Under the pieces are notes generated by a model. It ran no database searches, had not been told where the DNA came from, and saw nothing but the letters and a program-made list of their open reading frames with translations. DNA of 63,573 nt, counting the filler, from Octopus bimaculoides (Eukaryota): NCBI RefSeq assembly GCF_001194135.2. It is 4 parts of 4 records of this genome, joined end to end, with 100 filler letters (N's around TTAATTAATTAA, not from the genome) between each part and the next. Parts side by side here need not be neighbours in the genome. Positions count along the whole stretch, not along the records: positions 45,633 to 62,233 come from NC_068993.1; 3 more parts are not named here. One strand, 5' to 3'. Positions within the stretch are counted from its first letter, which is position 1, and the number at the start of each line of letters is the position of its first letter. A program made the translations under genes and the position numbers. Shown here piece after piece: positions 48,694 through 60,330 of this stretch.

Positions 48694-51600
48694 ATGTGAA
48701 ACACTACCCTCTATTATCATTTAAATGAAATGAAATATTCCATAGCAAAGGGCGTTGAAATGGTTAAGTGTCTAAACAGAGTCGCCAGTCTTCAACATAT
48801 ACAGCATTTTAAATCGTTAGATTGCATTTCATGGTTATATGCAAGTTTCCATCGGTGACATACCAGTATCATTTACACTACACTCGTCGACTTGGTTTTA
48901 ATAATCGGAATGTGTTAATATATGAAAATATAAGGAGATAAAAATATCAGTTGTTGATTAATGTTGTTTACCATCTGGTTTTAATGACTTTTAAGTTAGT
49001 TTCCTTCATTTAATCCAAACTTTATATTTTGAATAGTAATGAATGGAACAAGTTTTCGTTTCCATTTCCCTCCGTTAAATTACAGACCTTTGTACCAAAA
49101 TGAAAAGTGAAACTGATTATCTGTCCATCCCCAACACACAGGCACACACTCACACCAACACACAAACTTACATACATATACATACATACATACATACATA
49201 CATGCATACACATATATGTGTATGTATATGTGTGTGTGTAAATATGCCTGTGTTTGTTTTTTTTCTTTTTAATTGTTTCTGTTATTGAACGGTCTTCATG
49301 ATGGGATACTGCATCCAAGCTTGTAGTCGACCATAACCACATTGGATCTTATTTCAGGCTAACTAGTGTATATTTTAAGAATGTCTATTTGTCNNNNNNN
49401 NNNAGCTTGTAGTCGACCATAACCACATTGGATCTTATTTCAGGCTAACTAGTGTATATTTTAAGAATGTCTATTTGTCCGACAGCAAGGATACACACAG
49501 AAAAGGACAAAACATAAACAGACCGTTATTACAGACGCTTATAATCACATGCATGCATGCATACACATATACAAACATTCATATATACGTGCATGTACAT
49601 AGACACACAATTTTATGTATATGTGTGTGTGTAAACTGAACTGAAAGTTTATTTGCAATTCCAGGCAGGAGTCCTCGCGATCTCCCAAATAATGCTTAGG
49701 TGATCTGATAGACCGGAAGGTGAGATATTTGAGAAGTGATTGATATCTCAGTTTTAAAAATATTTAGAAATAAAACAGCGAGTGACAAACTGAGACAGAG
49801 AGAAGTAGAATCTACACCAGAAACTGCTGAGATTTTTCGTTTTTTTTCTTCTTGTCAGTCCCGAAAGAGCAGAATGTAAATTTGGAACTCATAGAGACCG
49901 CACGGCTTTCTACCTGATACACTAAAAGGTTTACTAAATTCGGTGTGCATAATAATAATATAAAATATATATAACAGTACGCATGTGAAACGTAAGATGG
50001 AATTTGTAAGCTATTCTAATAAGAAACTTATTTGTAGTTCTGCTTGATTTTCAAGAACTCCACTGCATGACTCTGAACGTAGGAATCGATGCAACACGAA
50101 ATAAAATGTTGTGAATCGCAGTCCTGTTCCGTCATATCACGAAGTGAACTCTAGCATAAGTTGACTCTACATTTAATCCTTACAAGGCAAAACAAATACC
50201 AGTAATGTACAGCTGGCTTGATATCAAATGAGCCTAATGTCATACACTGTATATTTTTGACACAAGTTTATCTTTTATCAAGCACGTGGTAAGTCAACAT
50301 AAGATATTACTGGTACCGAACTATTAAACTCGGAAAGCTGATAATGCCGGTATCTAAACTTTCCAAGAGTCGTATTTCAGATTCTACACACATTCGTATT
50401 ACCGAAAAGCTTTAAAGTTACAGCAGCTTAGATAACCACAATACTGTATCCTGGACTAAAAAGCAAGATATATACATACACACATACTCACAAGATATAT
50501 ACACATGCTTGCCCACGCGCGCGCGCACACGTATATGGCCAACTATGCTATGAATATATATAGAAAATATAAACTCCAGTTGCGGAATTGAATTCCGTCT
50601 TCTTTACCTCTTGGTTACTCCACACTGTGCTTGCTTCTGTCACAGAGTGGGTATACATTTCTGTACCATTTTCCGTACCGTTGAATTTCTTCTACAGGCT
50701 CACACATGTATAAATCGTTAAACATTTCACACAATTTCAAACTTGTATCCTCCAAAGAAGCTAGAATATCATCATACTATAAAGAACGCTAAAATTATAA
50801 ATCGAACATATATTAATGTATAAGAGTTTAATAGAATCTATGAAACGGCATACCTCCTTAAATACCAATTTATTATCGACCCACACTTATCAAATCTACT
50901 ATTGCAGCTCTCACTTGTTATCTCGCTTGTCGTGCAAGCGTGTTGCCAGTTAAACTATTCAAGTTTGTGCTATTCTGTTACTCATTAGATTATACCTTGT
51001 ATGTTTTCTCATGCGCTTATCACTGAAAAGTATTATCATAAGCATTATGACATAGTGCTTCTCAGTGTGTAAATATAGTGTATTGTCAGAATTGCTGTTA
51101 TTTATTTCAGTTTTATAACTAACGCCTCACCTTAGTCTGATGCTACGTATGATAATTATATAGCGATAGTGGTGATTTGTCTTCGTGGCCGAACAAGATG
51201 CCCACCTAATTAAAGGTCTCATATATCTTGAAATTAATGGATTGTTAGGTCTGGAATGGGTTGCTATAGATACTACAAACCATGATATTCACCAATAATG
51301 CAATTCCCCAGAGACAACAAATATTTAACAACATTATGCAAAGCATAAAAATACTCGAATTTTTTTTAATAAATGCGCTGTAAGGCCACTTGCAGAATGA
51401 TGCCTTCATATTTCGTTAGAATTTCTATCTACAAGAATGTTTGATAGATCTTGATGGACATGGTAAACACGCCTTGTCTGTACTTCACTGCGTTTATGTG
51501 TGCCTCTATGCACAATAATACTTCATTTAACATATTCCCACTTAATGATTACCCACTACTTTTGATAAATGTATTTAAAATTATAAAAATTAAACTTTAA

Positions 51601-52048
51601 ATCGCACAAAATAAACTCGCTACATTTTATGTGGTGATGTGCCTGTAGGCTGTTTTCACATTTCCTTTTCAAAACTTTCGAAGCTATTTGAGTTTACAAA
51701 TAAACAAAATATGCATATCGTCGCTTCTTTCTTTTCAGATTTCTAATGCATGATGCTCCATATATTTTCTTAAAAACGATATGAATACAAAGCTATGTTT
51801 GTCAAGATACTTCCATTCAACAGAAACCATTAACATCAGAGAAAAGTGCTAAACACTCCTTTTAATGAAGAGATAAAGTGTGATAGAAAAGATCTGCTAC
51901 CCTCACACATGATAAATCACAACCAAAACGAATTCAAAATTTATTTAAAATCTGGACAAATACCGCCTGCCTTATAAGGTCGAAATAATTTGGACTAAAA
52001 ATGCAGACTAGTTAAAAGACGAATTTACTTAGAATGAAAACAATTTAC

Positions 52049-52190
<142 letters not shown>

Positions 52191-52546
52191 TAGTGTGTAT
52201 GTCTGTCAGTCTCTCTCGAGGTTCCTCTGTATGAATGTATGTATGTATGTATGTATGTATGCTGCCAAAACAAAGTTATTTATCTTTTGTATGCAGAAGA
52301 TTGTGACCTAGTAGCGCACACAGATTGATATACAACACATTTTGAATGCATTCTCTGATGCTTGCACTGTCTTAGGACTGACTGTCAGTCTCAAGAAATC
52401 TGTTGTCATGTACCAACCTGCCCCCGGTAAGCAAATATCTATGTGTATGGTAAACGACTGGTGTACTTGATCCGTTTGTTTACCTGGGAAGCACTGTTAA
52501 TAGATATAGCAATTTGGATAGTGAAATTCCATACAGAATTAGGAAA

Positions 52547-52693
52547 TACAGTTCTATATTTAAGAGATGAGGAATTATTTACATTATTTACATTATCTAC
52601 ATTTGACGGATATTCGTCCTCATCTTGGCGTAGTGGTTAAGAGCGCGGGCTACTAACCCCAAGGTTCCGAGTTCGATTCACGGCAGCGACCTG

Positions 52694-52724
<31 letters not shown>

Positions 52725-52884
52725 TAATAATAATAATAGTAACATCGATAGGAATGAGAACCCAGGTTCGAAATTTCCCCAAGACACCTGACGAAGGCTG
52801 GAGAGTATATCAGCCGAAACGTTGTGTTAACAACAAACAAGATGAGGACGAATATCCGTCAAATGTAGATAATGTAAATAATGT
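52547..52884 (+). mobile_element. Short composite element: inverted 3' tail + tRNA-derived head + (TAA)n + hammerhead + tail, with 12-bp TSD
   Basis: TSD AGAATTAGGAAA at 52535-52546 and 52885-52896 duplicates host RTE sequence; A box TGGCGTAGTGG (52626), B box GTTCGATTC (52671); about 45-bp inverted repeat between 52580-52627 and 52838-52884. Confidence 0.9.
52783..52828 (+). ncRNA. Type I hammerhead ribozyme with intact catalytic core
   Basis: GACAC-CTGACGA-A-GGCTG(GAGAGTATAT)CAGCC-GAAA-CG-TT-GTGTT: stem I GACAC/GTGTT, 5-bp stem II, palindromic AACGTT stem III, predicted cleavage after GUU at 52823. Confidence 0.82.
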
Positions 52885-53215
52885 AGAATTAGGAAAGTAA
52901 GTAATGCTTTCAGAAGGCTAGAAAGGCGTCTCTGGAGTCGGGGAGGCATATGCAGGAAGACAAAGATAAAGATGTACAAGGTGTGTGTGCTCTCTTCTCT
53001 TCTTTATGCCTGCTAGACCTGGGTCACATACCGATATCACCTTAAACAGCTGGAACGTTTCCATTAGATGTGTCTCAGACGGATCTATGGCATTAATTGG
53101 GAGGACCGCATCAGTGATCTTGAGATATTGGAAAGCTCTCGGTGTGAAAGTATAGAAGCTCTTGTGTTGAAGGAAAGGCTCAGATGGAGTTGTCGTCTGG
53201 TCAGGATGAAAGATT

Positions 53216-53503
53216 CAATTAGCTGCCCAGCGGATGTTAATATAAAGCCGAAGATCAGTGAAAAAGAGAACACCTTTTCTGAACTATTGAGAAATCTGCA
53301 GTTACTCTATCCAGATTACAAGTGCAGGTTCATTCCTGTAATTATTGAGGTACTGGGATATGCAACACACTGCCGCCTAAATACCAATCTTGAGAAATTA
53401 GGCATCTCAAAAACAGAAAGGAGAAAGCTAATTCGAAGACTACAGATGCAATCCATCACAGGAACTGTAAAAATCTGTAAAACTTTCCAGAAGTTTATCA
53501 ATT
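53216..53503 (+). mobile_element. R4/Dong-like RLE C-terminal fragment fused to the RTE fragment
   Basis: ISCPADVNIKPKISEKENTFSELLRNLQLLYPDY..GTVKICKTFQKFI matches 43130-43410. Confidence 0.88.
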
Positions 53504-53519
53504 AATAGAATAAATAGAC

Positions 53520-53700
53520 AGTGGTTAGGGCCATTCACTCACGATCTTCACATCGTGCGTTCGAATCCAGAAACGAGCGGCGTGTTTTATTCATGCCAAA
53601 ACACTTTCTTTCATGTTGATCTAGTGCTGTGTGGGGACAGCCATGTCAAAGAATAGACCCAATGTTTCTTCTCCGTGTCACAAAGGCGACTAAAAAATGT
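53520..53700 (+). mobile_element. Degraded tRNA-derived SINE head
   Basis: CAGTGGTTAGGGCC..GTTCGAATCC A/B-box-like motifs. Confidence 0.55.
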
Positions 53701-53847
53701 AGTGGTAGAATTTGCACTCCGACCTCGTAAAATTGTCACCAGTAACCACTGTCAAGACAGACCAGTGGATTGGAGGTTTGTCACCTGAGTGATACAGAGG
53801 CGTCATTTAATAGGAGTAGCAGGGAATCACCAACAAATGGCGGATGT

Positions 53848-53907
<60 letters not shown>

Positions 53908-54115
53908 TCAGTTATACTCTTTGGTAAATATGACGCACGAAACTCTCTGAACTTGAGCCACTTATATGCTTTTACAGATAAATATAAAACCATATATACT
54001 TTTGAATATAAAATTTTATTCCTGCTGAGTTATCACCAAGTCTCTCTCTCTATATCTTTCTCTCTACATGCATACATGCATATATGTTTCATAGTGCATG
54101 TTGACATGCATTTAG

Positions 54116-55416
54116 ACAAGAGCGTGCTGAAAAATTCCTGTCTTTAAGGGAATCACGAAAGGGTAGACCTGTTAAAATAGTTTTTAACTTTTACTAGATA
54201 CTATGGATACTTATGTTCTTGGTAAACTTTCCTCGCGGTGAACTTTCTTTCCGGTGAATTGATGGCAGTGAACTTTCCCTGTGATGAATTGATGGCGGCG
54301 AACTTACCAGTATTCCATAGGACACCTATTTAGGAGACGATTTCACATGTCAGTATACAATATATCCTTCTCTTTTTACAGATTTAACGCACGATGGCAG
54401 TTCCTACAGTGGATTTTAGTAAAATTGAATCACGGGCAGTCATAATGTTCCTCTTATTATAAGACAAAGGAGCGGCGGAAATCCATGGTGGGATGAAGAA
54501 AATCTTGAAGGATGGCGTCAAAGTTTCGGACTGTCCTTTCGAGGTCACAGAGGAATCCCAGTCAGAACGGCCAACTTCCGCTTCCACAGAGGACAAAGCC
54601 GAAGCTGTAGAGGTAATGATTGTCGAGGACTACCGGATTCCAGCTAATGTTGTAGCTGAGACCCCGAGGATTACATACAAAAGAGTTGGCCACATCATCC
54701 ACGACTTTCTGGACGTGAGAAAGCTTTCCACAAAAACAGGTGCCGAAATTCCTTAACGCAGATCAGAAGTGCGTCAGAGTGACAACATCAAATGCGATTT
54801 CGGAACAGATTCCCAAACCAAGGAGCAATCAGTGGAGTGGCGCCGCGGAGCAATCAGTGGAGTGGCGCCTCCCAAGAAGTTTCGGACTCAGAAGTCAGTA
54901 GGAAAGATTCTGGCTTCAGTATTCTGAGACAAAGACGGAGTATTCCTTATAAAGTACCAACATAGAATGCTATATGTCTCTGTTGGACAAATTGTGTGAA
55001 GCTTTGAAGCAGAAATAAAGTGGAAACTTGAGCTGTGGTGTCTTATTGTTTGTAGGGCAATGCACCAGCACATCACAGCTCATGAAACTCTACGGAAAAT
55101 AAACTTCTTTCGCTTCCAATTGGTAGACAATCCATCTTTCTCTCCTGACTTGGCACCTGATTATCACCCCTTTCCACAACTGAAGAAACAACTCAAGGGA
55201 ACAAAATTTCACTTCGATTCGGAAGTGATAGCTGCTACAGAGACCTGGTTGAAGGCCCAAACTTCCGAGTTATTTTCACAGGTCTTAGAAAAACTGAAGG
55301 GCCACTGCAATAAGTGTGTGAATCTGAGAGTGTAGTATGTTGAATAAAGTCATAATCAACTGATTCTCCTGTGTTTTCTTCTACTCAAAGCAAGGAAATT
55401 TTCAGCATCCCCTGAA
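54116..55416 (+). mobile_element. Mariner transposon, near full length, inactivated
   Basis: TIRs CAAGAGCGTGCTGAAAAATTCCTGTCTTT and AAAGCAAGGAAATTTTCAGCATCCCCTG; IESRAVIMFL..AEIH; SERPTSAST; PKKFRTQKSVGKILASVF; SPDLAPDYHPFPQLK. Confidence 0.9.
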
Positions 55417-55645
55417 NNNNNNNNNNNNNNNNNNNNNNNNNNNNNNNNNNNNNNNNNNNNNNNNNNNNNNNNNNNNNNNNNNNNNNNNNNNNNNNNNNNN
55501 NNNNNNNNNNNNNNNNNNNNNNNNNNNNNNNNNNNNNNNNNNNNNNNNNNNNNNNNNNNNNNNNNNNNNNNNNNNNNNNNNNNNNNNNNNNNNNNNNNNN
55601 NNNNNNNNNNNNNNNNNNNNNNNNNNNNNNNNNNNNNNNNNNNNN

Positions 55646-55687
<42 letters not shown>

Positions 55688-57645
55688 GTATGTGTATAAT
55701 TATGTTAAGCATAAGGTAAGCGACTACAAGAATGTAATATTTAATCTGTTTATTTGAAAGCTTACCTGTTATTGACATTATTGCTCTCAATTCCAGGTGA
55801 TGGTACTTCAGCTAGTAAATTAGATATATGTTATCTAAAATATTGACAATATAACAATAAAAACAAAAAGAAATTCTCCTGAATGTTTGAATTGGCTGGC
55901 GCATGTTTCTATGATCTATAATACAATATAATTTATTGCTAAGTCTCTGCTTTCGTTTCTGGTATATATGAATCTTTAAGCGATTATTTCGTATATCATT
56001 ATGAATAGCTATATAATCGTTGGAAATATTAAGTAATGTATTGTTTAATTTTTGATTTTATGTGTCATTCCTGAATGCTTTATTCCAACGTGTTTCTAAT
56101 CTAAAGTATTCGCTTATTAATACAACGGACTATCTCTTACAACTGTGAGAAACCAAAGGGTGGCTATTTCAAATTTCAGTACACTTTATGTATACATCTT
56201 CGTTGCTCTATGCATATGCAACGAGAATCATCAGAAGGAAGATTTGACTAATATTGTCTCAAGTGATGGCCATTATCTTTATCTACTTAAGTTTTAGAAG
56301 ACGCTCTTATATTTCGGGGTGATAATTTATTTTTTGCCAAATAAACGCACGTACTATATATTCGTTCTTGATTTCAGATTTATCATTGTTTTATTTTATG
56401 TCCCGGGAAATCTTTCATCACACATCCTGTGACCTCTTCAGTAACTCTCCATCCTATGTGTTCCCTCCTGTTCTACTTAGGCCATGGAAATATAACAATA
56501 TCTGTTTCAATACACGATTTCCTATCAAGAATCTTGCAAAACAAATACATCTTAGAAGAACATATCCAAACTTAGTTGACCCATTAACAGTATTATAGCT
56601 AAATAAGCTACTCAACCAATTTGTTTCAAAGTAGCATTAGTCCTTGCAAATATTACCCTCCAGAATGATACTTTGAAATTGTACAAGATTTCAGTTGATG
56701 TGTAAAAATGTGTAACTCTATATAGAGCGCTTTATGTACGACATTATGAATTAAGCTAATTGTGAACTGAGTTTTTACGCTACATTCACATATAGCATCC
56801 GTGTCACCCAAGACTTGGACACTTCCCTAGGTACCATCAAACCATATTTCCCCCAGTTAACTGAACTCCTGTTAACGGAGATCTTTTCTTACTCTACAGA
56901 TCTCTCTTCTTTAAACAGTCTTCTGTACCAACCTTAGCAATATTATCCCAATCACTTACATGTTTGGTAAAATTAAGCCCTTCTTATTCCTTTCAAACCA
57001 GCCCTTAATAGATAAAAAAAATCATTTGCAGCACAAGCAACCCTATCCACTTTCATACGAATATGTCCTATAAAGGTTTCAGGTTTTCGTAGAATGATCA
57101 TCGTATTTGTTGCTACATTACGCCTAGACTCAAGAACATCCATATTAAACATCATATCACATCTATAAAGGACAAAAATATACAGGAAGTTAAAAAAATA
57201 GCTCATGAGATCTTAAATTTAGATTTGACTATATTTTCATTGGATAGATGCTGCAAGTATTAATATTTTTGCAACATTGCTGAATTTTTCCCGCACCTAT
57301 ACTTTGTAAAACATCAAGCTTACTGGTTAGTATTTTCCATTTTTGATTTCCTTTCGCACTTCTTTCCAGCACGTAAACGTGTTGATCTCTTTCCAGTCAC
57401 CGGGAATTACTGCAGTGCACTATACTGCACGCGGTTCTACATAAATCCGTACATAAGTAAGGGGTACCACAAAAATGTATTATTACTAAAAAAGAAAACT
57501 ATATTTTGTTAATGTTTCTATTCATACTTGGCATAATTTTTGTTTTCAGAATTAAAATTTACCCGAATTTCCCCAAGAAAGAAATTGGTATTCATACTTT
57601 GTGCGGAATTCCATAAATGGATTTCCTGTACTGATGTGTTGGCTT

Positions 57646-57705
<60 letters not shown>

Positions 57706-58217
57706 ACACACACACATTTGTGAATATAAATTTGTTGTGTAATATATGGATTCATAGAATCGTGTGACCATCACAGAGAAATCCTCGGGAGGACTATCTC
57801 TTCCTGTTTTTTAACATTAAGGATTATCAATACCATGAACTTAGATATTGTACGTTATTTGGTATTTTGAATGACCATACAAGGCTAATTTTATCTAGTA
57901 TCGATCTTACATTCATTCTATCTGTATAAAGGGAATATTTTGTATGTATAGTGTTGAAACATTTGAGTAACAGTGATGTTCTGGTGATCTGATGAGCGAG
58001 GTTTCTTTATTTGCACTGATTTGCAAATATACATTTATACTCTATAATACGTAGCATGCATTTTAGTGCAGACATGTAAACATAATTCATATAGATTGAA
58101 ATTAGTATTGCGAAGGCTGCGAAACGGCCGTGATCCTAATATGAAGAGGTTAAATATATATACTCAGCTCTCATAAATCCTGACTTTTATGCTTTATATA
58201 TATATATATATATTTAC

Positions 58218-58255
<38 letters not shown>

Positions 58256-58559
58256 ATTTGTTACTTACTGCTGCTCCAACTAATGTTATGCTTGTATATC
58301 GTATTTAACATAAGTATGAGTCTGTATCAGATGGCAGATTTTTAGTGGTTTAGGTCTACTATATGATGATAGTATCTATTGATTTTTTGTTAACTGAACA
58401 ACATATGCGAGAGAAGGTAAGCGATTGTAACTAATTTATTATTACTTTAAACATGCAGAATCAAACATATCTTAATATGATTGAGGTTGTTATCTACTTT
58501 GGTGATTTGGACTCAAATATTTCAAATGCAAACTTCAGAAATGTTTTTAAAATTAAGAA

Positions 58560-58830
58560 ATCTTTGTCTCTTCTTGACTCAGAATTACAGCTCCATCAAA
58601 GAGAAGACTTGTAAAAAGGTGTGTCTTACAGACGGAGACGTCAACGGCTCTCCGTTCAAGAAAATGTGAAAGTGGCGTAGCTGCAGTGAATGTATACGCA
58701 TTAGCAACCATGGCGTGCCAAGACTGTTTTCCTCTGGGCGCTAGCAACAGATGGATCGATTGGCCAGTGCAAATATTCATATATACCTATTACCTAATGT
58801 TTTGCCTTCGATCTTGTTGTTTTAATTGAT
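58560..58830 (+). mobile_element. Degenerate Tc1-like transposase fragment
   Basis: Frameshifted ..SGVAAV..AKTVFLWALATDGSIGQCKY resembles Tc1 GRVAVKKP..KRLLWA..W..W. Confidence 0.35.
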
Positions 58831-60170
58831 GTATTCGTGTACAAAACTTCCTAACTGTTAGTGTTGCCTCTACACTCAACAAAAATTCTATAGAGATAAC
58901 TTTAAAATGATTGATTCATACTGTTAACACAAAAGGTATTGACTCATGTACGTTTAATATACTTGGTGATAAATTATGGTTGCAAAACGAAATACGGTAT
59001 CCCTATCAGCAATTAATACTATATATGCGTTTAACATATAAATTGGTCTATCAAATACTGCTACACTGCTGAACTTAGTGGCTTTTTAGGCAATGTGTTG
59101 CTGAAGAACGAGCAATAATTCCCGAAATATAAATATATACCACAACCGCAACCTAATTTTCTACTTCGATTCTACTGTTTAAGTAGACGTATACGTATAC
59201 TAAGAGTCGTAACTTTCAGTGCTGACACTAAATTCTATAGAAAATTTGTAGAGATAACTTAAAATTGTTATATATATATNNNNNNNNNNNNNNNNNNNNN
59301 NNNNNNNNNNNNNNNNNNNNNNNNNNNNNNNNNNNNNNNNNNNNNNNNNNNNNNNNNNNNNNNNNNNNNNNNNNNNNNNNNNNNNNNNNNNNNNNNNNNN
59401 NNNNNNNNNNNNNNNNNNNNNNNNNNNNNNNNNNNNNNNNTATCCATACACACACACATACCACACTCATATACATATATATATACATATATAACATACT
59501 TATATATGTATGCATATACATATTTATATGTGTATTATGTATATACACACACACACATATACATGCACACACAGAGTTAGATGCTGTGTTTTAACATGAT
59601 ATCAGTATATCAGCTCTAATTCTGTCAATCTGTAAATCAGGTTCTGCTGGCATCTGGAGCCCGTTCACACATAAATTCTTCACAATCTTTGGGGAAATAA
59701 ATAAATGTCACGAAACTAAGAATTAATCTTCCATTAAAATTTTTGAATTTTGTGATTGTATGTATAAGTGATATTTATGTCCTTCGTGACGTCGGAAAAT
59801 TAAACATAAGAAACGTATATAAATCGTGCAAGCTCCACATTGTAGCAGATATATTCATCAGTAATAGTAAATGATATTATTTTATGTTTCAAAGTGGTAG
59901 TATTGCCGTTAGGTTATTAAAACGAGATCCAATGTTCAAATCATACTAGCAGCATCGCAATACGACTGTTACCAAAATACAGGACTGTCTTAACTGTAAA
60001 GTAAAATAGGGAAGAGAAATTTGAAAAAGAAGACTAATGATAGTATGTATCAACAACAATCCGTACAAAGTTCAGCGATACTAAAAACCTAGAACTCAAT
60101 AGACATATGATTCAGAACGAAGCGTTAGTCGAGTACAGAATGGTGATAAAGATGACAGAGGAATAAATGA

Positions 60171-60301
60171 TTATCTTATGAAATTCATTAGCTTACAACT
60201 GTTTCTGCTATAAAATGCAATACATTCATAGTTGAGTGCATATATCTTCATCAGAACCTAGTAGCACAAGCAGCTGTAAGCTAATGAAGTTCATTAGATA
60301 A
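60171..60301 (-). mobile_element. Short element with 31-bp inverted ends enclosing a degenerate hammerhead-like core
   Basis: Inverted repeat TTATCT(T/A)ATGAA(A/C)TTCATTAGCTTACA(A/G)CTG at both ends; CTGATGA at 60254-60248 and GAAAC at 60205-60201. Confidence 0.55.
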
Positions 60302-60330
60302 TCGTTTATCCATTTGTCATCTTATATATA

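Larger units (their letters stand above)
52261..53215 (+). mobile_element. RTE fragment (same family as 26461-30383), interrupted by the insertion at 52547-52884
   Basis: Near-colinear with 29220-29790; retains LLYAEDCDLVAHT, the YADD region; starts directly after (TATG)n. Confidence 0.9.

Noticed and set aside
48524-48724. Acidic poly-E protein ORF
   Set aside because: Produced by the (GAA)n microsatellite.
49318-49479. Perfect 76-bp tandem duplication
   Set aside because: The copies are identical and sit on either side of a 10-N gap, typical of an unmerged contig overlap.
34253-50776. Calling the exon candidates a DEG/ENaC/ASIC channel gene
   Set aside because: Only two short motif resemblances; the conserved Cys-rich and transmembrane segments were not found, and the candidates span an artificial linker.
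52626-52695. Functional tRNA gene
   Set aside because: A and B boxes are present but the acceptor stem and cloverleaf cannot be completed; it is a SINE-type head. The same applies to the other SINE heads.
56195-56240. Hammerhead on the minus strand (CTGATGA plus 7-bp hairpin)
   Set aside because: The hairpin is followed by AGATG, not GAAA, and no stem I or III can be formed.
59096-59140. CTGAAGA..CCCGAAAT hammerhead-like spacing
   Set aside because: Stem II is weak and there is no stem I or cleavage triplet.
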